The notes below the pieces were generated by a model. The model was not told the origin of the DNA. It did not search any database and saw nothing but the letters and a program-made list of their open reading frames with translations. The translations under genes and the position numbers were made by a program. Positions 34,466 to 43,417 of a stretch of DNA of 44,220 bases are shown piece after piece. Position 1 is the first letter of the stretch. Each line of letters opens with the position of its first letter. Origin of the DNA: a virus (lineage: Duplodnaviria > Caudoviricetes); IMG/VR virus record IMGVR_UViG_3300017644_000118, positions 1-44,220 of that record; one strand, given 5' to 3'.

Positions 34466-34723
34466 CTATATCTTTTCCATTTCCGCCACTTCTGGCGGCA
34501 ATCTGTCACCATGTGCGAAGATGAGCTTCGGCTCTTCATAATCGCCGGTATCGGCATCACCCTTGCTCACAAAAGCAACGACTGCGGGTTTGATTGATGC
34601 CAGCTTTTCCGCGACCCGGCGCGCATGGCTTACATCTTTCGCCAGAAATGGCGCATCGGCATTGATTTTGCCCTTGGGTGCCTTGCTATATGCCTGCACC
34701 ACATACTGCGTTTGCATGCTCAT
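34466..34723 (-). CDS. SOS-regulated small protein (candidate antirepressor)
   Basis: GGGAG RBS; LexA box ~50 nt upstream. Confidence 0.7.
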   Translation of the reverse strand: MSMQTQYVVQAYSKAPKGKINADAPFLAKDVSHARRVAEKLASIKPAVVAFVSKGDADTGDYEEPKLIFAHGDRLPPEVAEMEKI

Positions 34724-34775
34724 ACACTTTACTCCCTGTACGCTTGTTATGTGCGACAGGATGACTCAGAAACCG

Positions 34776-34790
34776 GAACAGAACAAGAAC
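34776..34790 (-). promoter_or_regulatory. Alphaproteobacterial LexA box
   Basis: GAAC-agaacaa-GAAC (GTTC-N7-GTTC on the minus strand). Confidence 0.75.
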
Positions 34791-34840
34791 ATTCTTGACG
34801 AAGCGTTAACGGCATTTTGCCGCCGCTAGATGTTGTGTAG

Positions 34841-35446
34841 ATGCAAGCAGGACCACCTATGGACAGAACAAAGACTCGCGGTATGGTGACAGTTGCACTA
34901 AATCGATCCACGGGGGTAATTTTGGAATCCGAATTTGTAAAACTTCATGAAAGTGACGGTAGCTGGGGAGTTTTTGAAAAGGACTGGCGTGAGCAGTGCG
35001 AGCGCATTGGAGAAGATTTTGACAGTTTTGCTGGCCTGACATTTTCAGTCGTAAAGGATCTTGTCCACACAGAAAACGGCAAGGCTGGCTTGTACGCATT
35101 GCGAATGGAAGGTTCGCACGTTGCAATGTGCCAACTGAATTATGCTACCATTCCGGGATATCAAGAACCAGTAATCCGAACCCGCTTCATTACCCTATCA
35201 CCGACATATGATTTGACAGATGTTGGAGAGGGTGCTTATAGCAAGGCGATGATTGACCTTTTGTACCACGTCATTCGAACTGGCGCACTGGACAAAACGA
35301 TGAAGACACGACACGTGAAGTTCCACCTACGCAGCCCCGCTGACAAGGCCTTTTTCACTGCGGTTGGTCGCGGATTGAATGAATCTGACGTGTTTGAGTC
35401 TGTAAAAACCATCGGACAATGGTTACATGTATCTATAGCGGAATAA
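34841..35446 (+). CDS. Immunity-region accessory protein (possible degenerate GNAT-like fold)
   Basis: 201-aa ORF, more AT-rich than its neighbours; start uncertain. Confidence 0.7.
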   Translation: MQAGPPMDRTKTRGMVTVALNRSTGVILESEFVKLHESDGSWGVFEKDWREQCERIGEDFDSFAGLTFSVVKDLVHTENGKAGLYALRMEGSHVAMCQLNYATIPGYQEPVIRTRFITLSPTYDLTDVGEGAYSKAMIDLLYHVIRTGALDKTMKTRHVKFHLRSPADKAFFTAVGRGLNESDVFESVKTIGQWLHVSIAE

Positions 35447-35494
35447 CGGAACTTTAACAGCGTTAGGCTGTTATAGGGGCGAAAGGGAGCAAAT

Positions 35495-35635
35495 ATGACG
35501 CAAAACACTCTGCTTACAGCGATTGACTCAGCTGTCAGGAACGCGATTAAGGAGATTGGTGTAGACGCTTTCAAGCGCACATCGTTCTTTATGTCGAACG
35601 AGCCCCGACAGAACGAGCAGCGAAAAGCTGCTTAA
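35495..35635 (+). CDS. 46-aa hypothetical protein
   Basis: AAGGGAG RBS; MTQNTLLTAIDSAVRNAIKEIGVDAFKRTSFFMSNEPRQNEQRKAA*; absent from the ORF track. Confidence 0.5.
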   Translation: MTQNTLLTAIDSAVRNAIKEIGVDAFKRTSFFMSNEPRQNEQRKAA

Positions 35636-35642
35636 TATATAG

Positions 35643-35720
35643 AGCCCCGCTTCGGCGGGGTTTTTCATGCCTGACGAATAACCCCGCCGCAGATAGCCAA
35701 TCTGGGCGGGGTTTTGTTTT
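35643..35720 (+). terminator. Two tandem terminators
   Basis: ccccgc-ttcg-gcgggg-ttttt, then aaccccgcc...ggcggggtt-ttgtttt. Confidence 0.8.
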
Positions 35721-35775
35721 GCGCTAGCAAGGGTCGATATAAAGTACTTCACACCTGCGCGCCACGCGCTGCGGT

Positions 35776-36345
35776 TCACATAGTGTCATGCATCTGATCC
35801 CTCAGAATTTTTCTGAGGGCCGCATTATGTGAGCCGGTCGCTATATAGATATTATCTAACGAATAAGGTCGGGCATCTCCGAAGCGGCACATCATATAAC
35901 CTGTGCCGCGCCCGCGCATATCCCACTTGCCAGACCACTTCCAGACCATCCACCAATCCCAAAGGGATATCTCCCATTCAATGTTTCGAACTCTCGCCTT
36001 TTGGCGTTGGGCCTGCCAAGCGCGTGTAGGGGTTTGGCCGATTGATGCCCCTCCCTTCATCATTGAGCGCCCAATCTCTAAAAGTTCTTCATGCTGCTCG
36101 GCAGTGCAGCCAAATAGCTCCAGTGCCGTCACATCTCTTTTTGCCTGTTTCTCCTGGTGTAGTCGCAAGGATTCCAGCCTTCGGCGCGCCTCATAACGAG
36201 TTCTCGCGTCCTTCACCCCGGATATTCTGACAATCTGAGAGACGCGCTGGCGCGACACTGAGAACGAAATTCCGATCTCTCGCATACTCGCACCTTCTTG
36301 GAAAAGGCGAACCATTTCTCGATGAGCATCATGATGAATCTTCAT
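35776..36345 (-). CDS. HTH plus putative HNH-related endonuclease
   Basis: N-terminal SMREIG..F.VSRQRVSQI HTH; A.VRNIEW...W..VW and MCR.GD..PY..DNI.I.T...N. Confidence 0.7.
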   Translation of the reverse strand: MKIHHDAHREMVRLFQEGASMREIGISFSVSRQRVSQIVRISGVKDARTRYEARRRLESLRLHQEKQAKRDVTALELFGCTAEQHEELLEIGRSMMKGGASIGQTPTRAWQAQRQKARVRNIEWEISLWDWWMVWKWSGKWDMRGRGTGYMMCRFGDARPYSLDNIYIATGSHNAALRKILRDQMHDTM

Positions 36346-36407
36346 TTTTTGTAACCCTGTTGATTCCCCTCATGATGACCACGGCGCGGGCTGGTGTCAA
36401 AAATAAT

Positions 36408-36458
36408 TGCACGTAATTGCGTGCATCCTATTGCAATGCACGCAGAAGCGTGTATATT
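36408..36458 (+). promoter_or_regulatory. oL-like operators (36408-36425, 36437-36454) overlapping a pL-like promoter
   Basis: TGCACG-N6-CGTGCA and TGCACG-N6-CGTGTA; TTGCAA-N16-TATATT. Confidence 0.8.
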
Positions 36459-36488
36459 CGATCTCAACAAACGAGATCGGAGCGCAAC

Positions 36489-36785
36489 ATGCATCCCTCA
36501 GTACAGAATACCTACAACGAAGTGGCAAAGACGCTTATCGGCCTGACCGTAAAGGCAGAAAAGCCGGTTCGTTCCTACTCCCGCCAGAGCCGTGTAATGG
36601 CCCGCGCATGGGCTGATCATCGCGAATGGCTGGCAGAGCATCCGAGCGCTTCGGCCCGTTATCGCCGCATCATGTTCGCGCATCACTTGAAGCACGCTCA
36701 TGTGTTCGTGAATGCGCAGATCAACCCAGTTTTCATCACAGACGAACAGTCCCGTTTTATCGGCTCTGACAGCCGGTGGAGGTAA
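36489..36785 (+). CDS. Hypothetical protein, first gene of the early operon
   Basis: GGAG RBS before the ATG at 36489. Confidence 0.6.
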   Translation: MHPSVQNTYNEVAKTLIGLTVKAEKPVRSYSRQSRVMARAWADHREWLAEHPSASARYRRIMFAHHLKHAHVFVNAQINPVFITDEQSRFIGSDSRWR

Positions 36786-36787
36786 TC

Positions 36788-37192
36788 ATGCTCATCCAGA
36801 AGAACTGTGCTGCCTGTGGCGCTCTGTTCAATGTCAGGCTGGCCGATCACAAGCGCGGCTGGGGCAAGTGCTGCGATAAGTCGTGTTCCGCTGCTTACAA
36901 AGTCGGCATGCGCCCGCGTGATGTGAATGAGAAGTTTGCTCAGCGAAGCGCATGGGCTGCAAAGGCACTCAATGACCGCAAATTGGCTGGCGTTACTGCT
37001 TGGCCGCAAGCACCGAGCGTCAAGGCTCAGGTCGGCAAGGTCAAGGTTAAGCCTGTCTATCATTCGCCGAGCAACTGCCGACATTGCGGCATTCCCGTTA
37101 ATGGCCCCGGACTTTGCAACGCTTGTGAAGATCACGAGGAAGGCCTGAACGCCATGGAAAGTGGATGGCAAGGCCACAAGGTGTGGTCATGA
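36788..37192 (+). CDS. Zn-finger hypothetical protein
   Basis: CAACG, CDKSC, CRHCG, CNAC; GGAGG RBS. Confidence 0.7.
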   Translation: MLIQKNCAACGALFNVRLADHKRGWGKCCDKSCSAAYKVGMRPRDVNEKFAQRSAWAAKALNDRKLAGVTAWPQAPSVKAQVGKVKVKPVYHSPSNCRHCGIPVNGPGLCNACEDHEEGLNAMESGWQGHKVWS

Positions 37193-37350
37193 ACGCCGAT
37201 CACCTCACCGAAACCGAGGTCAGGCGGCTGATCGCTGAAATTGAGCATCGTCTCAAAACCGATCCGCACGTACCGACCCGCCGATATCTCGCTGAAAAGC
37301 TTTTCGAACTAACCGACCTTCTACAGGAACAGGAAGGAATTGCAGCATGA
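37189..37350 (+). CDS. Small hypothetical protein
   Basis: ATGA coupling on both sides. Confidence 0.55.
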   Translation: MNADHLTETEVRRLIAEIEHRLKTDPHVPTRRYLAEKLFELTDLLQEQEGIAA

Positions 37351-38333
37351 CGCATACATACGAATACTGGACCGCCGCGCTTGCTAATCCTGAGCAGATC
37401 GGGAGGGGCCTGCCTGTTCACGAAGGCGATGCGCAGCCCGGTTTTTACCGCAAGCGCAACGGCAAGGATGGGCCTTGGCTACCGGTCGCAATCTGGGAAC
37501 AGGACGGCCAGCTTGTTGCAAAGATTGGCGACAAGATGGGCGACCCGGTTGACCTCTGGTCGTGGGTTTGCCGGTTCCCGGTTTCTGAGGCTGCATATCG
37601 CAAGGCTGTAGACGGCAAAGGTTGGGATGATGACGCGCCCGTTGCGCCTATCGGTCACAATCTGCCGGATGATCCACACGAAGCGCTTAAGCTGGAATTT
37701 CAAGCCGAGAAGGAACTGGCCGATACCTTCCTGAAAACACCTATCACCACTCAGGAGCAGGCCGATAAGGCGGCGGTTTGGTCGAAGAAGCTAGCCGGGA
37801 TCGCCAAGAAGGCGACAGACCTGCACAAGGTCGAAAAGCAGCCTCATTTGGACGCGGGCCGCGCTGTGGATGACAAATGGCGCGACCTCAAGGAAGAACC
37901 CGCCGACCTATCCAAGAAGCTCAAGCGCCATATGGACGCATTTCTGATCGAGCAGCAGCGCCTTGAAAACGAGCGCCGCCGCAAGGAGCAGGAAGAAGCC
38001 GACCGGCTGCGCCGCGAGGCTGAGGAGCGCGCCCGCGCAGCAGAGCAAGGTAACGACGAAACGGCATTGGCCGAGGCGGAGCAGTTAAAGGCAGAAGCCG
38101 CCGAGCGCGAGAAGGCTGCGCAGGCCACGAATGCGCAAGCTGGTCGTACCGGGGCAAAGGTCAGCCTTCGCACTTTCGTCTCTGCCCGGATCGTTGATTA
38201 CGACAAGGCTTTGGTTGCCCTGAAAGATCACCCCGAAATGAAAGCTCTTGTCGAGCAGCTTGCCAACCGTGCGGTTCGCGCCGGTATCGAAGTTGCTGGC
38301 GTCGAGCGCGTGGAGGAACAACGTGCAGCTTGA
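37347..38333 (+). CDS. Hypothetical recombination-module protein (Trp-rich N-terminal domain plus coiled coil)
   Basis: 328-aa ORF upstream of the RecT-like gene. Confidence 0.8.
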   Translation: MTHTYEYWTAALANPEQIGRGLPVHEGDAQPGFYRKRNGKDGPWLPVAIWEQDGQLVAKIGDKMGDPVDLWSWVCRFPVSEAAYRKAVDGKGWDDDAPVAPIGHNLPDDPHEALKLEFQAEKELADTFLKTPITTQEQADKAAVWSKKLAGIAKKATDLHKVEKQPHLDAGRAVDDKWRDLKEEPADLSKKLKRHMDAFLIEQQRLENERRRKEQEEADRLRREAEERARAAEQGNDETALAEAEQLKAEAAEREKAAQATNAQAGRTGAKVSLRTFVSARIVDYDKALVALKDHPEMKALVEQLANRAVRAGIEVAGVERVEEQRAA

Positions 38334-38802
38334 TCGTCTATTTGACCGGACAATTCCTGAGCCAAATTCCGGGTGCATGATCTGGTTAGGGGCTGTTAAC
38401 AACGATGGCTACCCTACCGTTGGGATCAATAGCAGAACGCATTTGGCAACCAGATTGGTTTTAAGCCAAAAGCTTGGCCGTCCGCTAATGAGGTCCGAAT
38501 GTGCGTGTCACAAGTGTGATGTGCCATCCTGCGTCAACCCGGATCACCTTTGGGCCGGTACTCATCGAGAAAACATTGATGACAGAACGCGCAAATGTCG
38601 CGCTCCTGGTCATTCCATGCCCGGTTCAGAGAACCCCTCCGCCATCCTTTCCGAAGACAATGTTTTGGAGATTGCGTCTTTGACCGGAACGATGATGCAG
38701 AGGGAGATTGCGGAAATCTTCGGCGTTTCTCGGGCGACTATTTCAGACATCCAATGTGGGCGCAAATGGGCGCACATCACCAAAATAACGAGGGCCGCAT
38801 AA
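38323..38802 (+). CDS. HNH homing endonuclease with C-terminal HTH
   Basis: PEPNSGC..W.G and CHKCD.P.CVNPDHL..GT..EN..D; C-terminal QREIAEIFGVSR. Confidence 0.9.
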   Translation: MQLDRLFDRTIPEPNSGCMIWLGAVNNDGYPTVGINSRTHLATRLVLSQKLGRPLMRSECACHKCDVPSCVNPDHLWAGTHRENIDDRTRKCRAPGHSMPGSENPSAILSEDNVLEIASLTGTMMQREIAEIFGVSRATISDIQCGRKWAHITKITRAA

Positions 38803-39707
38803 TGAACGCTGTAGCTCATCACGAAGGTAACCGCCTCCCATCATTGCCAGCAGGCGGCAGGGTTAGCGCAATCGTCCCGCAGGATTTTGACGGCGCATGG
38901 CGGATCGCGTCAGCCGTTTGCAAGGCAGGCATGGCCCCGAAAGGGCTGGAAACGCCAGAAAAAGCCATGGTCGCAATCATGCACGGCATGGAAGTGGGGT
39001 TGACCCCGATGGCGGCTTTACAATCGATTGCTGTCATCAACAGCCGTGCCACACTCTGGGGTGACGGTGCGCTTGGTGTCGTGCAGGCGTCCGGAAAAAT
39101 GGAAAGCTTCAAGGAATGGTTTGAGGGTGCTGGGGATAGCCGTAAGGCTCTCTGCCTCGTAAAGCGCAAAGGCGACCCAGAGGCCAAACTTGGCGAATTC
39201 TCCGTAGCCGATGCTCGCAAAGCCTCACTGTGGGGAAAATCCGGCCCTTGGTCACAGTATTCAGACCGCATGTTGAAGATGCGAGCCCGCGCCTTTGCAT
39301 TGCGTGACGGCTTCTCGGATGTTCTTCGCGGCCTGGGCATTGCGGAAGAAGTGCAAGACATCCCGGCCCAACAGGAGGCGGTAAGCGTCACGCCACCATC
39401 ACCGCCAAGCCCGCCTTCCCAGCCATCGCCTGCCATTACCGCCTCGAAAGAGGACGTCGTTGAAGAAGCCGAAATCGTCAATGACGGTGAGGACTTCGAC
39501 ATTGAAGCCTTCTTGTCCGAAGTCGATGAAGCCATGGCGACCGGCAAGACTGAGGAAGAAATTGTAGAAATCTGGGACGGCTTCGACGTTGAAGCGACCT
39601 TGACCGAGGATGAAGAAGCGCTTCAGCGTGCCTTTGACCTTCGCAAGCACCAGATTGCCCGCGTTCTTCGCGCAATGCTCAACTCTCATCCTGTCAACGC
39701 GGGGTGA
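38802..39707 (+). CDS. RecT/Redbeta-like single-strand annealing protein
   Basis: G.EVGL.PM.ALQSIAVIN, A..A.LWGK.GPW.QY..RML..RA..FALRD.F.DVL.G. Confidence 0.8.
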   Translation: MNAVAHHEGNRLPSLPAGGRVSAIVPQDFDGAWRIASAVCKAGMAPKGLETPEKAMVAIMHGMEVGLTPMAALQSIAVINSRATLWGDGALGVVQASGKMESFKEWFEGAGDSRKALCLVKRKGDPEAKLGEFSVADARKASLWGKSGPWSQYSDRMLKMRARAFALRDGFSDVLRGLGIAEEVQDIPAQQEAVSVTPPSPPSPPSQPSPAITASKEDVVEEAEIVNDGEDFDIEAFLSEVDEAMATGKTEEEIVEIWDGFDVEATLTEDEEALQRAFDLRKHQIARVLRAMLNSHPVNAG

Positions 39708-39710
39708 GCC

Positions 39711-40118
39711 ATGAGCAAGCGAGAAAAGCCCGTTTATGGTTTCGTCCGCAAAGGCAACGCTCTTGTCCCGGCCATGGAGTTCGACATGGCCGCGCTGGAC
39801 AGCATTCGCAACGGTGAACTGGTCAAGGTTGAAATCAAACAGTTCCGAAACGTCTCCCGCCATCGTGCCTATTGGGCCATGGTACAGGAAGTCGTTGACG
39901 GCTACGGTTTGAATTATAGCGCCGACCGCCTGCATGAAATCATTAAACTTGAGACAGGCGTAGTTGATTTGGTCCGCCTGCCGGACGGCTTAAAGGTTCA
40001 ACTCCCCGGCTCAATTTCCTTCGACAAAATGAGCGAAGCTGAATTCCAAGCTTTCTTCAAAAAGGCTGAGAAGTGGCTTGCCGAAACCTACGGCTATGTC
40101 CGTGAGGAGGTTGCGTGA
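39711..40118 (+). CDS. DUF1367/NinB-like protein
   Basis: RN..RHR.YWA and PGSISFDKMSE.EF..FF. Confidence 0.75.
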   Translation: MSKREKPVYGFVRKGNALVPAMEFDMAALDSIRNGELVKVEIKQFRNVSRHRAYWAMVQEVVDGYGLNYSADRLHEIIKLETGVVDLVRLPDGLKVQLPGSISFDKMSEAEFQAFFKKAEKWLAETYGYVREEVA

Positions 40119-40321
40119 TGATCCCCTCTTTCATTGCGAAATTCTTCAACTGGCTTTTCCCCGAACCGGAGCGCCGCGACCTTCAGGCCGAGATTACCGC
40201 GAAGATTGCGGAAATAGAGACGGCCAAGCGCCAGCACCGCCCAAGGAGCCACCTTTACGACGAACTCAACGGCCTGATGGCCGAGCAACTGGCCGAAGAA
40301 CTCGGCTATGTGAGACGCTGA
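40115..40321 (+). CDS. Hypothetical protein
   Basis: Coupled ORF with GAGGAGG RBS. Confidence 0.6.
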   Translation: MMIPSFIAKFFNWLFPEPERRDLQAEITAKIAEIETAKRQHRPRSHLYDELNGLMAEQLAEELGYVRR

Positions 40322-40322
40322 C

Positions 40323-40688
40323 ATGGCCCGGAAAGAATTCACCCGGAAAATCCGTAATGCCGCCATCGAGCGCGCTGCCGGTCACTGCGAAAAGTGCAAG
40401 GCCGCTCTCAAAAAGGGAGAGGCCGAAGTAGACCACATTTTGCCTGATGTTCTCGGCGGCGAGCCGGTATTGGCCAATGCGCAGGTTCTTTGCCAGCAGT
40501 GCCACGCGGAAAAGACTGCAGACGATATTCGCCGCACCCGCAAGGCCGACCGCCAGCGGGATAAGAACAACGGCGCGATCAAGCCTTCTTCCAAGCTGGC
40601 GAAAACCATCAAAGAGCCGAAGCGCCTTTCCAAGCCCCTCCCCGAATGGAAACGCCGCATTTACGCGAGCACGGAGGTCCAGCCATGA
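40323..40688 (+). CDS. HNH endonuclease
   Basis: CEKC, EVDHI.P..LGG....N.QVLC..CH..KT. Confidence 0.9.
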   Translation: MARKEFTRKIRNAAIERAAGHCEKCKAALKKGEAEVDHILPDVLGGEPVLANAQVLCQQCHAEKTADDIRRTRKADRQRDKNNGAIKPSSKLAKTIKEPKRLSKPLPEWKRRIYASTEVQP

Positions 40689-41428
40689 CCACCCTACCGG
40701 AAGAAGCCGTGAAGGCGGCATGTGATGCGTACAAGCTTGAGGATGGCCATCTTTCAGGTATTGGCATGATGCGCGCCTTGGAAGCCGCCGCCCCTCACCT
40801 AGCAGCGGTGCGGGTGAAGAAGCTGGAGTGGGGTAATGCGCGCATAACAGAGGATGGGCGCGAAGCGGAAGACGCAGAAAGCCCCGTTGGTCGATACATC
40901 GCGACTGATACAGGCTGGTTCCTTCTAGGGCGAACAGGCTACGAAGTTGAGCGCGGCTTATACCAATCCAAAGCCGCCGCACAGGCCGACTTTGAGGCTC
41001 GCATCCTCTCCGCGCTTGAGCCATCCGCAGCGCGTGAGCTGGCGTTGGAGGCACTAAGGTCGGCAGAGCAGTTTATCGAGAACGGCTTTGAGTTTGGCTT
41101 TATTCGTAAGCCGGACGAAGGCGACCCTGCCCTTGAAACCCTGCCGAAGATCAAAGCCGCCATCCGCGCCCTATCCTCCCCGGACCATATTGCCGACGCC
41201 GGTAAGGTGGAGGGGGATGGGTGCAAGTCAGAGCGAGAGAAATATCTTGAAGAAGTGCTGCGACCATTTTCCGAGATCGCAGGCGAATTGTTCGCGGCAA
41301 ATTTCAACAACGACGATGTTGTCTTCACGCTCAACAGGAAAACCGCGAATGGGTCGAAACTGTCATACCAAATGACAGCGAAGGCTTTCTTCGAAGCCAG
41401 CGCAGTGCTGGGAGGGAAGTCGTCATGA
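40685..41428 (+). CDS. Hypothetical mosaic phage protein
   Basis: GGAGG RBS; VRVKKLEW and AKAAAQADFEARILSAL-type motifs. Confidence 0.7.
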   Translation: MTTLPEEAVKAACDAYKLEDGHLSGIGMMRALEAAAPHLAAVRVKKLEWGNARITEDGREAEDAESPVGRYIATDTGWFLLGRTGYEVERGLYQSKAAAQADFEARILSALEPSAARELALEALRSAEQFIENGFEFGFIRKPDEGDPALETLPKIKAAIRALSSPDHIADAGKVEGDGCKSEREKYLEEVLRPFSEIAGELFAANFNNDDVVFTLNRKTANGSKLSYQMTAKAFFEASAVLGGKSS

Positions 41429-41628
41429 GCAGCTACGAACTCTCACGAAATCAGGTTGTTTGCGATGTTTGCGGCCGCGTTCAGCTTAGAGGGTTGCACT
41501 TCCGCAAGGATTTTGACGACCCAATCCGGCTCTGCACACCATGCATGAAAAAACATGATGGACACCCAGAAGTGCAGGCAGAGCGGGAGCACTATTACAA
41601 CGAAAGGTCTATGGGCGATGACTTCTGA
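41425..41628 (+). CDS. Small Zn-binding hypothetical protein
   Basis: CDVC and CTPC. Confidence 0.6.
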   Translation: MSSYELSRNQVVCDVCGRVQLRGLHFRKDFDDPIRLCTPCMKKHDGHPEVQAEREHYYNERSMGDDF

Positions 41629-42082
41629 CCTCATTACGCGCCTCTCCAAGCTAGACGCGCCTGACAGGGAAGTGGATGCGGAGATTTGGCTTATCGAACT
41701 TCAATCCGCAGAGAGCGATCCGTTCGGCGGGTATGGCTTAGCGGAATACTGGCGATATGAATATGAGGCCGAAGAAGACGGCAGTGTCATTCAATACGCT
41801 CGCAACGGTCAGGTAACGCACAAGATCGGTCGCAGATCGTCACCCGCTTTCACCGCCTCTGTAGACGCCGCTATCGCGCTGGCTGAGAGGGTGTTGCCGG
41901 GGTGGAAGTGGCGAGTTGGGAGAACAGAACTTTTCCCGAATGGATGGGCATATGTTCACAAATACGACCCGTCAAACTGCGACAGGAAAGACGAAGCAGC
42001 GTGCGCTGATGGCAGAGCCGCAACACCCGCCATCGCCCTTCTGATCGCCCTCTTGCGCGCGAAGGAGTCCAGCAAGCTATGA
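41618..42082 (+). CDS. Hypothetical protein
   Basis: PDREVDAEI, FTASVDAA..L..RVLPGW, TPAIAL motifs. Confidence 0.7.
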   Translation: MTSDLITRLSKLDAPDREVDAEIWLIELQSAESDPFGGYGLAEYWRYEYEAEEDGSVIQYARNGQVTHKIGRRSSPAFTASVDAAIALAERVLPGWKWRVGRTELFPNGWAYVHKYDPSNCDRKDEAACADGRAATPAIALLIALLRAKESSKL

Positions 42083-42354
42083 AAACTCACGTTCTGAAAA
42101 CACTGCCACAGTATTTCGAAGCCGTCGATGATGGACGTAAAACGTTCGAAGTCCGCTTGAATGATCGCGCCTTCCAGACCGGTGACACCCTCAAGCTTGT
42201 GAAGATGGACGAAACGGGCCGGTTCTATGACACGTTCGGTCAACATCTATTCAAGCGGATTACTTTCATTCTCCAAGGCGGTCAGTTCGGCATTGAGCCT
42301 CGTTACTGCGTGATTGGTCTTGGCGAAGTGATGGAGGCCAGCCATGCCGAGTAA
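42079..42354 (+). CDS. DUF3850 / ASCH-PUA domain protein
   Basis: H.LK..PQYF.AV..G.KTFE.R.NDR.FQ.GD.L.L. Confidence 0.88.
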   Translation: MKTHVLKTLPQYFEAVDDGRKTFEVRLNDRAFQTGDTLKLVKMDETGRFYDTFGQHLFKRITFILQGGQFGIEPRYCVIGLGEVMEASHAE

Positions 42355-42631
42355 GGAACTCATCGAGAAGGTGGCGAGGGCCATAATCGAAAACCCGCCA
42401 AAGATTAATCGTCTCAAAGATATGGAGGCATTGAATTTCAGCAAAGTCGTGGACCACACTCCGACAGCCGAAGCCGCCATCTCCACCATCCTCGCCGCTC
42501 TACAGGAGCCGACCGGGGATATGTTAGAAGCATGTGAGAGGGAGGATGCAATAAAATCCTCCTACGTCACATACAGCGATTTTTGGCGCGCCATGCTCGC
42601 CGCATCCGCACTTGGGGAGCAGGCAGAATGA
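42344..42631 (+). CDS. Hypothetical protein
   Basis: ELIEKVARAI, EPT.DM..A, WRAML.A. Confidence 0.7.
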   Translation: MPSKELIEKVARAIIENPPKINRLKDMEALNFSKVVDHTPTAEAAISTILAALQEPTGDMLEACEREDAIKSSYVTYSDFWRAMLAASALGEQAE

Positions 42632-42840
42632 AGCTGACGACCTCACAATTTTCGATGCAATGTGCGTTCATCGCCAAGAACGCAGCCGCATGGGCTGGCG
42701 ATGCTTTGACGCTTCCCGAGCGATTGAACGAAGAAGCAGATGTTGCTGCTGTTGCCCGCTTCACGGATGAAATGCGCGAACGGCTGGACCGTCTGGATAA
42801 ATGGGCCGGTCGCCAAGCCCTGAAAGGCGGTGGAGAATGA
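42628..42840 (+). CDS. Hypothetical protein
   Basis: ATGA coupling. Confidence 0.6.
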   Translation: MKLTTSQFSMQCAFIAKNAAAWAGDALTLPERLNEEADVAAVARFTDEMRERLDRLDKWAGRQALKGGGE

Positions 42841-43052
42841 GCCGCTGCCGATGGATTACTGATCCTGATGTACCGGGCGGTCGTTTTCTACACCCCGGCT
42901 GCTGGAACCGAACGATTTACGGAGACCAAGCGGAATGTCACTGCAAAGGCGGCACACAATCGACCGCTGAGCGCTTAGAAGCCAAAATCGATAATCTCAT
43001 TGCGCGCATGGATCACCTCGAAGGCCGCGCCGCACAGCGGGAAAGGGAGTGA
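42837..43052 (+). CDS. Hypothetical protein
   Basis: ATGA coupling; Cys/His N-terminus plus a coiled coil. Confidence 0.6.
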   Translation: MSRCRWITDPDVPGGRFLHPGCWNRTIYGDQAECHCKGGTQSTAERLEAKIDNLIARMDHLEGRAAQRERE

Positions 43053-43417
43053 GGATGTCAGCGATTTTTTCCATGAACGAAGCCGCTGACCGTCTCAGGA
43101 TCGGCCGGCGAACACTGCAAGAAATTATCAAGCGCCATGCGTTCTATTTCACAGTCGGTCACAAGAAGTTCTTCACTGAGAAGGACCTGGACGCGATTGT
43201 TGAAGGATTAAGACGAGAAACGAAATGCCACTCAAGCTCATCCCTCCCCGTGCGGGTAAATCGCCGTACTACTACGTTCGCGGCACCCACTTCGGGGTCA
43301 CAATGGACAGAAGTACAAAGACGACTGACAAAGCTACGGCAGCAAAGCTCCTCAAACTCTGGAAAGAAGAAATCGAAGCGGGAGTTTTCAGGAAACCCGG
43401 AGAGCCGACCTTCCTAG
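43049..43417 (+). CDS. xis: Excisionase-like HTH protein
   Basis: SMNEAADRLRIGRRTLQEII...FFTEKDL; directly upstream of and overlapping int. Confidence 0.75.
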   Translation: MRMSAIFSMNEAADRLRIGRRTLQEIIKRHAFYFTVGHKKFFTEKDLDAIVEGLRRETKCHSSSSLPVRVNRRTTTFAAPTSGSQWTEVQRRLTKLRQQSSSNSGKKKSKREFSGNPESRPS

